Source: Nitrospirota bacterium (GTDB taxonomy: Bacteria; Nitrospirota; UBA9217). Taken from it: a stretch of DNA of 64,000 nucleotides. The stretch covers positions 217,618 to 281,617 of the forward strand of contig CAVUCU010000007.1 of assembly GCA_963740085.1 (NCBI GenBank), read 5' to 3'. Below are positions 50,260-60,200 of the stretch, one piece after another (within the stretch, counting starts at the first letter, position 1; the number at the start of each line of letters is the position of its first letter). A program made the translations under genes and the position numbers. The notes below the pieces were generated by a model. It was not told the origin of the DNA. It did no database searches and was given only the letters and a program-made list of their open reading frames with translations.

Positions 50260-51967
50260 TGATCTCTCCTGTCAATTCTTCCACGGTGAACGGCCGGCCG
50301 TCATATTTATGGACCTGCGCGTTGAACTCAAACCCTGTCTCGCTGCGCAGAAGACGGGCGAACTGTCCGCTCGCATTGTTCTCGATGCAGAGGGAAAGCC
50401 TTGCGTTCTGAAGCAACCGGACGTAATCAAAACGCTCCCGGTGCGGAAGCGGGAAAACCTCGCTGAAGTGAAGCATGGCGATGCTGGTGGATTTTGCGAG
50501 TTCGTCAACAACCTCCTTCATCACCCCGTACGTGGAACCCCAGCCTGTCAGCACAACCCGCGGGTCATGGTCGCCGTAGAGGAACGGTGGCGCGATCTCC
50601 TGCCTGAGGAGAGGCATTTTTTTGAGCAGCCGCTTTTCCACCATTTTGATCCTCGTCGCGGCATCCTCGATGATGTGGCCGTCCTCATCGTGCTCATCGC
50701 TGTCCGTCACGACAAGATGCTTTGCATCCCCGGGCACGCCGAGAGGGGAAATCCCGGTCTCGGTCAAGGCATACCGCTGGTAACCCGCTAATTTCTTGAA
50801 TGCACCTTCCCGCACGCGATAATCCACATATCTGATCTTGCCGGTATCAAATCCCCCGAAAGTCCACTCGGTGTCCGACAGGTAGGTATCGAACAGGATA
50901 AAAACAGGCACTTGATACTTTTCCGCAAGGTCGAACGCCTTGTTCGTGAGATAAAACGCCTCGCGGGGCGATCCCGGCGCAAATACAACGCGGGGAAATT
51001 CCCCGTGTCCGGCGGAGACGATGAACTGGAGATCGCCCTGCTCGGTCCTTGTCGGGAGCCCCGTTGCGGGACCCGGCCGCTGGCCCATGGCGATCACGAT
51101 TGGCGTCTCGGTCATTGCCGCCAGCGAGAGTCCCTCGACCATGAGCGCAAATCCGCCGCCCGAGGTCCCGGTCATGGCCCGGACACCGGCAAAGGATGCC
51201 CCGAGTGCCATGTTGATTGCCGCGATCTCGTCCTCGGCCTGTTCCACGACAACACCGTATTCCTTTTCCTTGGTCGCGAGATAGTTCATGATGCCTGTCG
51301 ACGGCGTCATGGGATACGCCGAGTAGAACTTGCACCCCGACGCCAACGCACCGAGGGCGATGGACTCGACGCCTCCCACGAGCATCAGGGGTTTTGCCGA
51401 TCCATCAGGAAGAAGGGAGAAGTTGCACTTGGGACAGCCGTTGAATGAGCGGTCATAGCCTGCCATGGCCGCGTTCTTGTTCGCGCCGACGACCTTCTCG
51501 CCCTTTTTCGCAAAGGTTGCGGCAAGGAGGTCCATCAGGATATCGAGGTCCATCCCCAGTATGCCGAGGACCGCTCCCGTTGCCACGGCGTTCGCCATGA
51601 TCCTGTCGCCGCCGTGCTCCATTGCAAGCTTCACAAAAGGGATGTCGAGGAACGCCGGCTTATCGTGCGTTTCCTTGAGCGTTTCAGAATCGTAGATGAT
51701 CTTGCCGCGGGAGGTAAGCTCCCGTTCGTGCAGCTGTATGCTCTCCTTGTCCAGTGCAACAAGAATGTCGATCGCATCCCTGGGCGCTGAAACCGGCCTG
51801 TCCGAAAACCGTATCTGGTAGAAATTATGCCCGCCGCGGATCCGCGACTCATAATCCTGATTCGTGAAGACGTGGTATCCGGCACGGGCAAAAGTATGTC
51901 CCAGGGTATCACCGATCGTCTGGATGCCCTGCCCGGCCTCACCGCCGATCTTGACGGAATAGTCCAT
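50237..51967 (-). CDS. 2-oxoacid:acceptor oxidoreductase alpha subunit (gamma-alpha fusion)
   Basis: GGEAGQG, RIRGGHN, YPMTPST, QAEDEIAA and RPGPATGLPT motifs. Confidence 0.95.
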   Translation of the reverse strand: MDYSVKIGGEAGQGIQTIGDTLGHTFARAGYHVFTNQDYESRIRGGHNFYQIRFSDRPVSAPRDAIDILVALDKESIQLHERELTSRGKIIYDSETLKETHDKPAFLDIPFVKLAMEHGGDRIMANAVATGAVLGILGMDLDILMDLLAATFAKKGEKVVGANKNAAMAGYDRSFNGCPKCNFSLLPDGSAKPLMLVGGVESIALGALASGCKFYSAYPMTPSTGIMNYLATKEKEYGVVVEQAEDEIAAINMALGASFAGVRAMTGTSGGGFALMVEGLSLAAMTETPIVIAMGQRPGPATGLPTRTEQGDLQFIVSAGHGEFPRVVFAPGSPREAFYLTNKAFDLAEKYQVPVFILFDTYLSDTEWTFGGFDTGKIRYVDYRVREGAFKKLAGYQRYALTETGISPLGVPGDAKHLVVTDSDEHDEDGHIIEDAATRIKMVEKRLLKKMPLLRQEIAPPFLYGDHDPRVVLTGWGSTYGVMKEVVDELAKSTSIAMLHFSEVFPLPHRERFDYVRLLQNARLSLCIENNASGQFARLLRSETGFEFNAQVHKYDGRPFTVEELTGEINGHLRNV

Positions 51968-52168
51968 AGTTCCTCTTTCAGTAACTGGATTGATACGGAG
52001 TTATGAGAGAATAAAATCCTTCACCGTGAAAAAATGCAACGGTTTTGACAAGCAACAAGATCAACAGGATTAAATGATATAAAGAAGAATGAAATCTGAT
52101 CGTATCGGGCGCTATCCTGTCGATCCTGTCAGGGACTGGGATTCCAGCTTGGGTGAAAGACCGGACCT

Positions 52169-52498
52169 TTACCTGATGTCTTCTATCGTGATCACACCGG
52201 ATCCGAGGAGTCGGGCAAGAAGCACAAATCCTCCACAGGGCGGTGCTGCCCGGTCCTGCATAAAATCGCAGTCATGTTCATGAAAATCACAGACAATGCA
52301 CAGGGTTTTCACTAACCTGTCTGCCAGAACCGGGTTTGATTCGCCACTCTTGCATTCAAGGACAAGACTTTTCCCTTGGCGCAATAATCGCTCCACGACC
52401 GTATACCCTTTGCATGCAAGTTCTTCGTTTTTCCCGGGCTTATAGTAGGAACAGAATTTTAAACAAAGTGTTTGTTCCAGCGGCAAGTTATCCGTCAT
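52169..52498 (-). CDS. Small Cys-rich hypothetical protein, divergent from the radical SAM gene
   Basis: CLKFCSYYKPGKNEELAC...CIVCDFHEHDCDF...PPCGG; probable metal-binding protein. Confidence 0.7.
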   Translation of the reverse strand: MTDNLPLEQTLCLKFCSYYKPGKNEELACKGYTVVERLLRQGKSLVLECKSGESNPVLADRLVKTLCIVCDFHEHDCDFMQDRAAPPCGGFVLLARLLGSGVITIEDIR

Positions 52499-52544
52499 GG
52501 GGTCTATTATAACAAAAACGGAGATGTAGTGCTATACTTACGCT

Positions 52545-53675
52545 ATGACTTACTACCTGACAAAACAGGCCGTACTGAAATGGCTCGAAGTCCCGTCTGT
52601 TTATCAGATCGCAAAGGACGAGTTATACGAGCTTGACAGCGCGTCGTTCAATTTTCTGAAAAAGTGCGCCTCACACGCCGGTTGCGTATCAAAGAACAGC
52701 GCGTTTATAGATTACTGCCGGGAGGAGGAACTGCTGTCGATGAAACAGGGTCCGGCCCGACGGCCAGTTCTCAAACAATCTCCCGTGCCCTCGCTTCGAT
52801 ATCTTGAACTCCAGATCACCGATGCCTGCAACCTCAGATGCAGGCATTGTTACATCGGCAATAACGGCAACAACGAACTGTCGGTGGATCAGGTGGCAAC
52901 GGTCCTGCGAGAATTCGAGGAGATGCAGGGTTTGCGCGTACTGATAACAGGCGGCGAGCCGCTGCTCCACAGCAAGTTCGCTGAGATCAATGAGATGCTC
53001 CCCGATTTTTTCATCAGAAAGGTCCTGTTCACGAACGGTCTGCTCCTTAAAAAAGAAGACTTGCAAACGCTCAAGGTTGACGAGATACAGGTGAGCCTCG
53101 ATGGACTTGAAGCCGCCCACGACAAGATCCGGGGAAGCGGGACGTTCAAACGCTCCCTGGAGGCGATGAAACACGCACTTGACGCGGGCTTTGATGTATC
53201 GGTGTCAACCATGGTACATAAGTTCAATAGAGCGGACTTCGACGGCATGGAACAGCTTTTCAAGAAGATGGGGATCAAGGATTGGACCGTGGATGTTCCG
53301 TGCATGACCGGAAGGCTGAAGGAAAATGAAGAGTTTTGTGTCAGCCCCGAGGAAAGCGGAAAATATCTTGGCTACGGTTACGGAAACGGGCTCCATTCGT
53401 CCACACAGGGATACGGCTGCGGCCTCCATCTCATGGCGGTTATGGCGGATGGGGGCATTGCTAAATGCTCATTTTACCGGGACCAACCCGTGGGCGCCGT
53501 GGACCAGGGACTGAAAACAGCCTGGAGCAAAATTCAACCCGTCAGACTTAAGGACTTGGAGTGTGACTGCGAGTATCTTGAAGTGTGCCGGGGAGGATGC
53601 AGGTACCGGGCGGAGCTTCTCGAGGGGAAAAGCGGAAAAGACCTTTACCGGTGCATGCTCTATGGTATAATATGA
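52545..53675 (+). CDS. Radical SAM/SPASM protein with an N-terminal extension (candidate peptide maturase)
   Basis: CNLRCRHC, ITGGEP and VSLDG motifs; SPASM-type Cys pattern CGLH...KCSF...CDCEYLEVCRGGC...C; about 75 aa N-terminal extension. Confidence 0.9.
   Translation: MTYYLTKQAVLKWLEVPSVYQIAKDELYELDSASFNFLKKCASHAGCVSKNSAFIDYCREEELLSMKQGPARRPVLKQSPVPSLRYLELQITDACNLRCRHCYIGNNGNNELSVDQVATVLREFEEMQGLRVLITGGEPLLHSKFAEINEMLPDFFIRKVLFTNGLLLKKEDLQTLKVDEIQVSLDGLEAAHDKIRGSGTFKRSLEAMKHALDAGFDVSVSTMVHKFNRADFDGMEQLFKKMGIKDWTVDVPCMTGRLKENEEFCVSPEESGKYLGYGYGNGLHSSTQGYGCGLHLMAVMADGGIAKCSFYRDQPVGAVDQGLKTAWSKIQPVRLKDLECDCEYLEVCRGGCRYRAELLEGKSGKDLYRCMLYGII
53644..53671 (+). promoter_or_regulatory. Promoter at the 3' end of the rSAM gene, facing the peptide ORF
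   Basis: TTTACC-N16-TATAAT with an extended -10 (TGG-TATAAT). Confidence 0.55.
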
Positions 53676-53768
53676 ACAGTAGTAGGCTCGCACAGAGTTC
53701 GTAGCGTTCTGAATAAAAGAGGTACTTCTCCTCATCAAACCATGTTATCAGGAAAGGAGGTTTTTCCA

Positions 53769-53831
53769 ATGACCATTAAAAAGGTAACAAAAAAAATGGC
53801 GGTCACTTGCAAGTGTAAAAGCTCCTGCTAA
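53769..53831 (+). CDS. 20-aa Cys-rich peptide, candidate RiPP precursor (not in the ORF track)
   Basis: AAAGGAGG 8 nt before the ATG; MTIKKVTKKMAVTCKCKSSC*; followed by a terminator. Confidence 0.72.
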   Translation: MTIKKVTKKMAVTCKCKSSC

Positions 53832-53862
53832 CTTCGACAAGGTCCGCCCAAAATAAAGATAA

Positions 53863-53895
53863 GCCCGGCGCTCCCTGCCGGGCGTTTTATTTTTT
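53863..53895. terminator. Intrinsic terminator, probably bidirectional (peptide and ychF)
   Basis: GCCCGGC-loop-GCCGGGC followed by TTTTATTTTTT and preceded by an A-rich run. Confidence 0.8.
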
Positions 53896-53904
53896 GTCAC
53901 CCCA

Positions 53905-54999
53905 TCACACGTTAAACCGAAAGAGCATGATGTCCCCGTCCTTGACCACGTAGTCCTTGCCTTCGGAACGAAGCAGGCCCGCCTCTTTCACGGCCTTCTC
54001 AGTGCCAAGCTTCATCAGATCATCGAAATGGAATACCTCTGCGCGAATGAAGCCCTTTTCAAAATCCGAGTGGATCTTCCCCGCGGCCTGCGGCGCCTTG
54101 GTGCCCTTGGTAATGGTCCATGCCCGCACTTCTTTCTCGCCTGCGGTAAGGTAGGTGATGAGACCAAGGAGCTCGTAGCCCGCCCGGATCATGCGATCGA
54201 GGCCTGATTCCTTGAGCCCCATCCCCGCCAGATATTCCATTCGTTCTTCCGTGGGAAGCTGGGCTATCTCTCCCTCCACCTGTCCCGAAATGACGACGAC
54301 CCGGGCATCTTCCCCGGCGGCTATCTTCCTGACCGCATCCACAAGCGGGTTCGGCTTGTCCACCATGTCTTCCGCCACGTTCGCCACATAGAGCACCGGC
54401 TTGGCGGACAACAGGGCGTAGCTCTTGAGCCATAGGGTCTCTTCCTCGGAATGGGTCGCACGGCGGACAGGCTCACCCCTGGCAAGCATGTCCTTGAGCC
54501 GCCGCATGAACTCCACTTCTTCCAGGGCCTTTCGGTCCGCGGTCCTGGCCATCTTCTCGGCCTTGTACAGCCGCTTCTCGATCGCATCGAGGTCCGCAAG
54601 CATGAGCTCCGCCTCGATCACCTCGATATCCTCCCGGGGATCTACCTTCCCGGCCACGTGAATGACATTCGGGTCTTCGAAGCAGCGCACCACATGCGCG
54701 ATGGCGTCCACCTCTCGGATGTTGGCGAGGAACTTGTTGCCCAGCCCTTCGCCCTGCGCCGCTCCTTTCACGAGGCCGGCAATGTCCACGAATTCCATGC
54801 TCGTGGGCGTTCTTTTTTTCGGTTTGTAGATCTCGACAAGCTTGTCGATCCGCTCATCGGGCATGTCCACCACGCCGACGTTCGGATCGATGGTGGTGAA
54901 GGGATAGTTCGAGGCCTGAGCGCCCGCAGAGGTGAGTGCGTTGAAGATGGTCGACTTGCCCACGTTCGGCAGGCCGACGATGCCGCAATTGAAACCCAT
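53905..54999 (-). CDS. ychF: Redox-regulated ATPase YchF
   Basis: [31 protein letters not shown] and a TGS domain. Confidence 0.98.
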   Translation of the reverse strand: MGFNCGIVGLPNVGKSTIFNALTSAGAQASNYPFTTIDPNVGVVDMPDERIDKLVEIYKPKKRTPTSMEFVDIAGLVKGAAQGEGLGNKFLANIREVDAIAHVVRCFEDPNVIHVAGKVDPREDIEVIEAELMLADLDAIEKRLYKAEKMARTADRKALEEVEFMRRLKDMLARGEPVRRATHSEEETLWLKSYALLSAKPVLYVANVAEDMVDKPNPLVDAVRKIAAGEDARVVVISGQVEGEIAQLPTEERMEYLAGMGLKESGLDRMIRAGYELLGLITYLTAGEKEVRAWTITKGTKAPQAAGKIHSDFEKGFIRAEVFHFDDLMKLGTEKAVKEAGLLRSEGKDYVVKDGDIMLFRFNV

Positions 55000-55298
55000 A
55001 AATAACTCCTTAAACCTTACCATTCAGCACGGTGACACGGAGGACACTGAGTACGACAACGTCCTGGAAACGATGTTCACCGCTGCAAATGGAGCGAATA
55101 CGACAAAAGAACACAACGGCCGGATACGGATAAAATCCGGATGACCGGCCTCATAAACCTATGAGCAGGGGCAGCAACATCATTGATCCGATTTCTCTGT
55201 GCCTCCGTGTCTCCGTGGTGGATCTTGTTTGCGCGCTTCAAATCAATAAAAAACCCGGAGCTGTCGAAATGGTCCTACAGGTCCGGGTTCCTGAATAC

Positions 55299-55862
55299 TT
55301 ACTTTTGATTAACGATATCCATGGCCCGCGCGGGGCCTTCCAGGACAATACGTCTGACCGCTTCCGCGGCCTTCGCAACGGCCTCTGAGGCAGCCGGACG
55401 TTCTTCAGCAAGGAATGGGCTGAGAACATAATCCGCGGGATCCATATTCAGCGCCGGCCTGTTGATCCCGATGCGGACCCGGATAAAGTCCGCTGATCCC
55501 AGGTACTCGATAATGGAGCGAAGCCCGTTGTGGCCTCCGTGGCCGCCGCCCATCTTCACGCGCACGGACCCAAGAGGAATATCCAGATCATCATGCAGCA
55601 CGATGAGATCGGAAACGGTCCGGTAAGCGTCCCTCAGGACCGCCGCCACCGCCCGGCCGCTGTCGTTCATATACGTCTGCGGCTTGACCAGGAGCAATTC
55701 TTCTGAATCGATCCTGGCCTTGCCGATCAGGGCGTGATGTTTTTCCTGGGCATGATCAACATGCAGGATTCCGGCAAGCTCGTCAACAGCCATGAACCCA
55801 GCGTTGTGACGCGTGCGTTCGTAGGTTCTGCCCGGGTTACCGAGCCCGACAATGATCTTCAT
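55299..55862 (-). CDS. pth: Peptidyl-tRNA hydrolase
   Basis: GLGNPG, TRHNAGF, KPQTYMN and GGHNG motifs. Confidence 0.98.
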   Translation of the reverse strand: MKIIVGLGNPGRTYERTRHNAGFMAVDELAGILHVDHAQEKHHALIGKARIDSEELLLVKPQTYMNDSGRAVAAVLRDAYRTVSDLIVLHDDLDIPLGSVRVKMGGGHGGHNGLRSIIEYLGSADFIRVRIGINRPALNMDPADYVLSPFLAEERPAASEAVAKAAEAVRRIVLEGPARAMDIVNQK

Positions 55863-55873
55863 GCAAAGCCGTC

Positions 55874-55973
55874 ATTGCAAAATGCAAAGTTTAAATTGCA
55901 TGTTGCAAAATGATGAACAGAGCGGAAACGCCGGCATTTTGCCCTTTGCCCTTTGCATTTTTCAATTTGCATT
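55874..55973. repeat. Inverted heptamer arrays (TGCAAAA / TTTTGCA type)
   Basis: ATTGCAAAATGCAAAG...TTGCAAAATG and CATTTTGCCCTTTGCCCTTTGCATTTTTCAATTTGCATTG. Confidence 0.75.
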
Positions 55974-55984
55974 GATACTCTGGC

Positions 55985-56749
55985 TTACTTCTTGGGTGCG
56001 GATTCCTTCTTGGGAGCAGCTTCCTTCTTTGGAGCGGCCTCTTTTGCACCTTCTTTGCCCTTTGCTTCAGCGCCCGACGCGGCGGCGGCCTCTTCTTCCT
56101 TCTTCGTCTTCTTGACGAGCTCGGGCTCAGCGCCCTCCGCTGCCACAGCCGGCGTAGCGGTAAGCATTTCCTCGAGTTTGGCCTCCGAGATCGGCGGCTG
56201 GATCGTCGCCACCGTAGCGTCCAGATCGGTCAGGATCTTTACCCCTTCAGGCGCCTTGATGTCCCTCACGTGAAGAGACTCGTTCACCTTGAGGTGCTCG
56301 ATATTGACTTCGATAAAATCGGGGATATGGGCGGGGAGACACTCGACCTCGAGATCACGCTGACCGTACTGGAAGATGCCCCCTTCCTTCACCCCGACGG
56401 CAGTCCCGGAAATGTGCACCGCCACCTGGATCTTCACCTTCTCGTTCATGGCGACTTCCATGAGATCGAGATGAATGAGCTTGCTGCTTATCGGGTCCAC
56501 CTGGTAGTCCTTGATCAGGGCCAGCTTTACGCCCGTGCCTTTTCCCCCCTCAAGCTTGAGATTGATGAGCGCATGCGCTCCGCCCTCGGTGTTAAGGATC
56601 TTCGAGACGTCCTTATTGACCATCATGATGGGTGTGGACTTGCCGTGGCTGTAGAGGACCGCCGGCACTTGTGCATCCCGCCGCAATCCCCGGGCAGCTC
56701 CCTTGCCCACCTTTTCCCTGACTTGTGCTGTTAATGCTATTTTATCCAT
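55985..56749 (-). CDS. rplY: 50S ribosomal protein L25/Ctc
   Basis: GKGAARGLRR, VPAVLY, a Ctc beta domain and EPELV followed by a K/E/A-rich tail. Confidence 0.96.
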   Translation of the reverse strand: MDKIALTAQVREKVGKGAARGLRRDAQVPAVLYSHGKSTPIMMVNKDVSKILNTEGGAHALINLKLEGGKGTGVKLALIKDYQVDPISSKLIHLDLMEVAMNEKVKIQVAVHISGTAVGVKEGGIFQYGQRDLEVECLPAHIPDFIEVNIEHLKVNESLHVRDIKAPEGVKILTDLDATVATIQPPISEAKLEEMLTATPAVAAEGAEPELVKKTKKEEEAAAASGAEAKGKEGAKEAAPKKEAAPKKESAPKK

Positions 56750-56883
56750 TTCTCCTCCGATACGATTAGTGAAGCGTTATACATGACTAAAGATAAGCAC
56801 TGATGAAAACTCTTCGGCTGACGACAGGACCAGCACGGCTTTCCTGGGGTTACCCGTGTTCACCCGTGGTTCCTCTCTTCCGT

Positions 56884-57843
56884 TTATACGAACAACGAGC
56901 TGAGCGATGTTTCCTCGTGGATCCTCGTGACGGCATCGGCAAGAAGCTGCGCAACAGAAAGAACCGTCAACTTCTTGCATTCCAGCTGTTTGGTGTCCGG
57001 GGCGATCGTATTCGTCGCGATCAGCTCATCGAGCGAAGATTCATTGATGCGTTTGATCGCCGGGCCCGAGAGCACTGCGTGCGAACAGGCCGCACTGATC
57101 GTGCCCGCCCCGTTCGCCTTGAGCGCGGCCGCGCCTTCGGTCAGCGTTCCGGCGGTGTCCACCATGTCGTCCAGCAGCAGGCAGTCGTGCCCTTTGACAT
57201 CGCCGATAATGTGCATGACCTGCGCCTCGTTCGGTTTGTCCCGCCGCTTGTCGATGATCGCAAGCGCCGCATTGAGCCGCTTGGCGAACGCCCGCGCCCG
57301 TTCCACGCCGCCGGCGTCCGGCGAAACAACGGTCAGGTTGGTGAACTTCTTCGACCGGAGATACTCGAGGAGCACCGGTGCGGCAAACAGATTGTCCACC
57401 GGGATATTGAAGAACCCCTGTATCTGGCCCGCATGCAGGTCCACCGTAAGGACCCGGTTCGCGCCCGCGGTCGTGATCAGGTCGGCCACAAGCTTGGACG
57501 TAATGGGGACGCGGGGCTGCACCTTCCGGTCCTGCCGGCTGTACCCGTAATAGGGAAGCACCGCCGTGATGCGGGTCGCCGACGCCCGCTTGAGCGCATC
57601 GATCATGATCAGCAACTCCATGAGATTCCGGTTCACCGGGCTCCCCGTCGGCTGCACGACGAAAACATCCATGCCCCGCACGTTGTCCACGATCTGGACG
57701 TTGATCTCTCCGTCGCTGAAACGGCCTACCAGCGCGTTCCCGAGCGGGATGCCCATCTTCTGGCAAATTTCCTTTGCAAGGGCCGGATTTGCGTTTCCCG
57801 AAAAAATCTTTATTTCCCGTGATCTCGCCTTCACTTCATTCAT
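56884..57843 (-). CDS. prs: Ribose-phosphate pyrophosphokinase
   Basis: [31 protein letters not shown] and DDMVDTAGT motifs. Confidence 0.99.
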   Translation of the reverse strand: MNEVKARSREIKIFSGNANPALAKEICQKMGIPLGNALVGRFSDGEINVQIVDNVRGMDVFVVQPTGSPVNRNLMELLIMIDALKRASATRITAVLPYYGYSRQDRKVQPRVPITSKLVADLITTAGANRVLTVDLHAGQIQGFFNIPVDNLFAAPVLLEYLRSKKFTNLTVVSPDAGGVERARAFAKRLNAALAIIDKRRDKPNEAQVMHIIGDVKGHDCLLLDDMVDTAGTLTEGAAALKANGAGTISAACSHAVLSGPAIKRINESSLDELIATNTIAPDTKQLECKKLTVLSVAQLLADAVTRIHEETSLSSLFV

Positions 57844-57859
57844 CCTCTTTTCCGAATGT

Positions 57860-57933
57860 TGGTTCGGGGACAGGGAGTCGAACCCCGATAAAAGGCTTCA
57901 AAGGCCTCTGTCCTACCATTAGACGATCCCCGA
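57860..57933 (-). tRNA. tRNA-Gln (UUG)
   Basis: TCGGGGA/TCCCCGA acceptor stem, anticodon loop CTTTGAA, GTTCGAC T-loop and an encoded CCA; usual position between ispE and prs. Confidence 0.97.
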
Positions 57934-58156
57934 TCAAAGGCCGCCTCCGGGCCTGGCAGCGTGGCCGGATAAACCCCGGCAGAACAGCCGCACAAATTAA
58001 TAAATCCTGCTGCAGACGAACCAAATCCGTTCAAAAAGACCTTCAGGCTGTGACGGACCGGGCTGTAATCTCCAACGGGGTAAACATCAAAGGATAGGCA
58101 GACGCCTATCCTCTCGTATCAGATGCAGAATCGGCAAAACTCGTATAAGCAGCGTT

Positions 58157-58459
58157 TTATTGTTCTTCGGAAGCACTCGGAGCCGGCTCTTGCTTCGTTG
58201 GATTGGCCAGCTCACGCTCATATTCAGGAAGGACCTTTTTCTCTATCATCTGCCTGGTCTCGCTGTTCAGCGGATGGGCGATGTCCTTGAACGATCCGTC
58301 CTTCATCTTGCGGCTCGGCATGGCCACGAACAACCCCGCATTGCCGTTAATGACGCGAAGGTCCCTGATCAGGAACACGTTGTCGATCGTTATGGTTGCA
58401 TAGGCCTTGAGGCGCTCTTCATTACTGACCGGGAAAACCCTCACCTCCGTGATTTCCAT
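58157..58459 (-). CDS. spoVG: SpoVG family nucleic-acid-binding protein
   Basis: MEITEVRV, LKAYA, GLFVAMPSRK and DIAHPLN motifs; RBS AAGGAG. Confidence 0.95.
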   Translation of the reverse strand: MEITEVRVFPVSNEERLKAYATITIDNVFLIRDLRVINGNAGLFVAMPSRKMKDGSFKDIAHPLNSETRQMIEKKVLPEYERELANPTKQEPAPSASEEQ

Positions 58460-58517
58460 AGACTCTCCTTCACGCTGAAGAATCGTGGCACTATGGTCGA
58501 TCATGACAACTTCGGAA

Positions 58518-59396
58518 CTATGTCTGCCCTCCCGCACGAAACTCCGCAAGTGGCGATTCGGTCAATGTTTCAACCGGGAAAAGCCTCCATCCCTCAGGGG
58601 AAAGACTGTCCGCGGCGGCCCGGCATGCGGCCTCTGTCTCGAATATGCCGAACACCGTCGGCCCGCTCCCGCTCATGAGGGCACCCACGGCCCCCCGGTC
58701 CAGAAGTGCGTCTTTGATCCTGTTTATCACCGGCCGCACTTCCGATGTCGCCTGCTCAAGGTCATTATGGAGCCCCAAGGCGATTTTTCGGATATTAAGC
58801 CTTGCAATTTTATTACAGTCACCTTTCTTTGTCAACCTCAAATTTAAGTTTTTGTAGGCCCAGGCAGTGGAGATCTCAACTCCCGGGTTGACGAGTAAGA
58901 TTGGGGTGTGCGGCAAAGGTGCCAGTTCCGTGAGGATTTCTCCTCTCCCCCGCGCAAGCGCCGTCGGTCCGAAGAAGAAAAAGGGCACGTCCATGCCGAT
59001 CCGGCAGCCGATCTCGGCCAGCCGGTCCCGGTCAAGTCCAATGCCGAGCAGCCTGTTCAGTGCCGCGAGCACGACTGCGGCGTTGCCGCTCCCTCCCCCG
59101 AGCCCGGCCGCAACGGGTATGTTTTTTTTGATCTCGATCGTCAGGCCGACCGCTTCACCCGAGATCTTGAGCATTTCCGTTGCCGCCTTCCAGGCAATGT
59201 TCTCCTCCCCGGAGGGTACCGCATCGCTGTCGCTGGTCACGCGTATGCCCGTTCCGCCGAGAGACACGGTCACTTCGTCGAAAAGCCCGACCATCTGCAT
59301 CAGCATCTCTACGTCGTGGTAACCGTCCGGTCTCCTGCCGAGCACCGACAGGCAAAGATTGATCTTCGCCGGAGAACGCAGCGTTATTGCGCTCAT
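58518..59396 (-). CDS. ispE: 4-diphosphocytidyl-2-C-methyl-D-erythritol kinase
   Basis: SPAKINL, PVAAGLGGGS, DVPFF and MSGSGPTVF motifs. Confidence 0.97.
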   Translation of the reverse strand: MSAITLRSPAKINLCLSVLGRRPDGYHDVEMLMQMVGLFDEVTVSLGGTGIRVTSDSDAVPSGEENIAWKAATEMLKISGEAVGLTIEIKKNIPVAAGLGGGSGNAAVVLAALNRLLGIGLDRDRLAEIGCRIGMDVPFFFFGPTALARGRGEILTELAPLPHTPILLVNPGVEISTAWAYKNLNLRLTKKGDCNKIARLNIRKIALGLHNDLEQATSEVRPVINRIKDALLDRGAVGALMSGSGPTVFGIFETEAACRAAADSLSPEGWRLFPVETLTESPLAEFRAGGQT

Positions 59397-59405
59397 GGTC
59401 CCCAT

Positions 59406-60200
59406 CTATCTTTTGTCTTCCTCCTCTGATCTCCGCGCCGCCTCCGCATCGCTCAGCAGGAACGCCTCATCGCCGATCGGGATGTTCACTTCCACATCGC
59501 TATAGTCTATGGTGAGAAGCAGCTTCTTGTCCGGGTATTCTATCACGACGTGCATTGGCATGGGATAATGCGCGATCTCGGTTGTCCGGCCGAATCTGGC
59601 CTCGTACACCAGCTTGCCTGACGACCACAGTTCCTGGGAAACCAGCGACGGGACCTGCCCCGGTCCGGAGGGGAGAACAACGCCGACGCGGTGAACAATC
59701 TCGCCGCGTGACAGCTCCAGCATGCACTCGTTGTTCCGCCCGCAGAACAGCCTGGCATCGGGGGGCGGCACGCTCATTGGAATACTGCCGGAGAGGAGCG
59801 CGCAGAGATCCCGGACCTCCACGCCCTCGCCAAGCAGCCGCTCCAACCCCGCGGGTCCCTGCCTGACTACCCGGTCATTTCCCGGCAAACGCGCCAGCAC
59901 TTCCTTCCCGTCCCAGACCAGAGCGAGCTCTGACTGCCCCAGAGGCCCGTAAGCCTCGATCCTGAACCTGCGCTGTGCGTCGAGTACGATACCCACATTC
60001 TCGAGTGAGCGCTTTCTGCCCCGCTTGACCACCTCGACGCTCGCGATCGCCTTGAGCCCGGTAAAGGACTCCCGGCGCTGTTCCAGGGTTTGAAGCAGCG
60101 GCCCTGCCGGGACCTCGGTCATGGGGATCACTGGTTTTTTAGGAAGGCATGAGAACAGGAGAGGAATAATGATGAGAGCGGCGAACCGAACGGTCTTCAC
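59406..60200 (-). CDS. Lipoprotein, LolB/DUF4292-like
   Basis: Lipobox LFSC and RIEAYGPLG; occupies the usual lolB position between the TPR gene and ispE. Confidence 0.65.
   Translation of the reverse strand: MKTVRFAALIIIPLLFSCLPKKPVIPMTEVPAGPLLQTLEQRRESFTGLKAIASVEVVKRGRKRSLENVGIVLDAQRRFRIEAYGPLGQSELALVWDGKEVLARLPGNDRVVRQGPAGLERLLGEGVEVRDLCALLSGSIPMSVPPPDARLFCGRNNECMLELSRGEIVHRVGVVLPSGPGQVPSLVSQELWSSGKLVYEARFGRTTEIAHYPMPMHVVIEYPDKKLLLTIDYSDVEVNIPIGDEAFLLSDAEAARRSEEEDKR

Noticed and set aside
56750-56883. Possible L25 autoregulatory leader upstream of rplY
   Set aside because: The visible pattern (CCACGGGTGAACACGGG) looks more like a degenerate dispersed repeat arm, so a leader structure cannot be supported.
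58157-58459. spoVG as evidence of sporulation
   Set aside because: SpoVG is a general nucleic-acid-binding protein found at this locus in many non-sporulating diderms.
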